From: Harriotta raleighana
Taxonomy: Eukaryota
Assembly (NCBI GenBank): GCA_050575255.1
Contig: JBNZDD010013730.1
Span: forward strand, 9,456,381 to 9,520,380
DNA length: 64,000 nucleotides
Reading direction: 5' to 3'
The position numbers and the translations under genes were made by a program. How positions within the stretch are numbered: the stretch's first letter is position 1; the number at the start of each line of letters is the position of its first letter. The notes under the pieces were generated by a model, which saw nothing but the letters and a program-made list of their open reading frames with translations, did not search any database and was not told the DNA's origin. Positions 63,132 through 64,000 of the stretch are shown one piece after another.

Positions 63132-63464
63132 TTCTGCCAGTTCCTGAGATCTTCAAGATACTGTATTTAGTAGTTGCTCTGCTGATTTACTGTTAAGCCA
63201 CAAGCTGAGCTATTCAAGCAAGCCAAGAGACTAAAAGGAGCCACATCATTTAGAGTGACTGCACAGAAACAGCATCCCCATTTACGTTGAAATTGTCATT
63301 CCAATAATACGAATGCAAAGCAGTTAGACACCACAATTGCCAGTGTGAATCAATAAATAAATTAGTCACATGATCTCCAATCTTGAGTTACAATTTGCCT
63401 GGGAAAATAGAGAAGAAAGAAGCAGAGGTACAGTATTTCTTGTAAAAAAAAACATACTGGTATT

Positions 63465-63778
63465 TATAATAATCCTAATAAAAATCCTTACATTTTATTT
63501 TGGGCTTTTCACATTTTCGAGACATCTCAAAGCGCTTCACAGAATTTACTGTAAAGTAAATTGACTCTATATTTGTGGGAAAAATGCAGCAGCCAATTGT
63601 GCACAGCAGTGTCCCACAAGCAATCATGCATTGAGTGACCAAATTATTATTGGCTTTTTTCTTGAGGGATTATTAGCAGATATGTGGAGTAAAGAAACTT
63701 ATCCAAGGTTTCTCCCTGCTGGATATTGAAACCAGATCTCTTCATCTCTTGCTTGCAAGGCAACTACTGAGCTTCATG
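63465..63778 (-). mobile_element. Diverged full-length SINE
   Basis: tcaaagcgcttcacagaat...ccaattgtgcacagcagtgtcccac...gtggagtaaagaaacttatccaagg. Confidence 0.85.
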
Positions 63779-64000
63779 ATTTAATGTAAAATTGTTATCT
63801 TTTGTGATATTTTAACATCAGATTTGTTCCAAGAACCATTTATTATATATTCTGACTGCTCTGTGTTTCAATTCCAGTGGTAAGGCCTATTTAAGAGGTT
63901 CGACCACGTTTGCATCCAGCCCCAACCCCACCCTGGCCTCTTGGTCTGTTGTGTAAAAGTGCTTTGAGACATCATCCCAATGTAGAAACCACTATATAAG

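Noticed and set aside
34990-64000. NEK7 3' exons expected from synteny
   Set aside because: No kinase-domain sequence was recognised on either strand; the gene presumably lies beyond the right edge.

Overview
Vertebrate genomic DNA, AT-rich and dense in repeats. The SINE/LINE repertoire (tRNA-headed SINEs with L2-type tails, Deu-domain SINEs, L2 and CR1 relics) suggests a cartilaginous fish, probably a chimaera; this is an inference. Almost all ORFs in the supplied track are spurious or are decayed LINE frames. Two real genes are visible, arranged head-to-head as in mammals. (1) The 5' end of PTPRC/CD45 on the minus strand: the signal-peptide exon (CDS 12355-12418, MGKFFCLKYLALATVLLGANT), a probable non-coding exon 1 and promoter at about 12.7-13.2 kb, and a long intron running off the left edge. 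(2) A complete three-exon ATP6V1G3 (V-ATPase subunit G3, 120 aa) on the plus strand at 29577-33967. The right 30 kb has no recognisable exon and carries repeat-free blocks that look like conserved enhancers. I found no prokaryote-type system (CRISPR, operon) and cannot support a wholly new biological system. The best leads are a short upstream ORF that stops 5 nt before the CD45 start codon and appears to be conserved in human, a perfect 57-bp inverted repeat abutting a SINE, a second inverted-repeat element, a CORE/Deu hybrid SINE with two structural subfamilies, and an LF-SINE-like relic next to an enhancer-like block. Repeat boundaries were read by eye and are approximate; family names come from recalled consensus sequences, not from a search.
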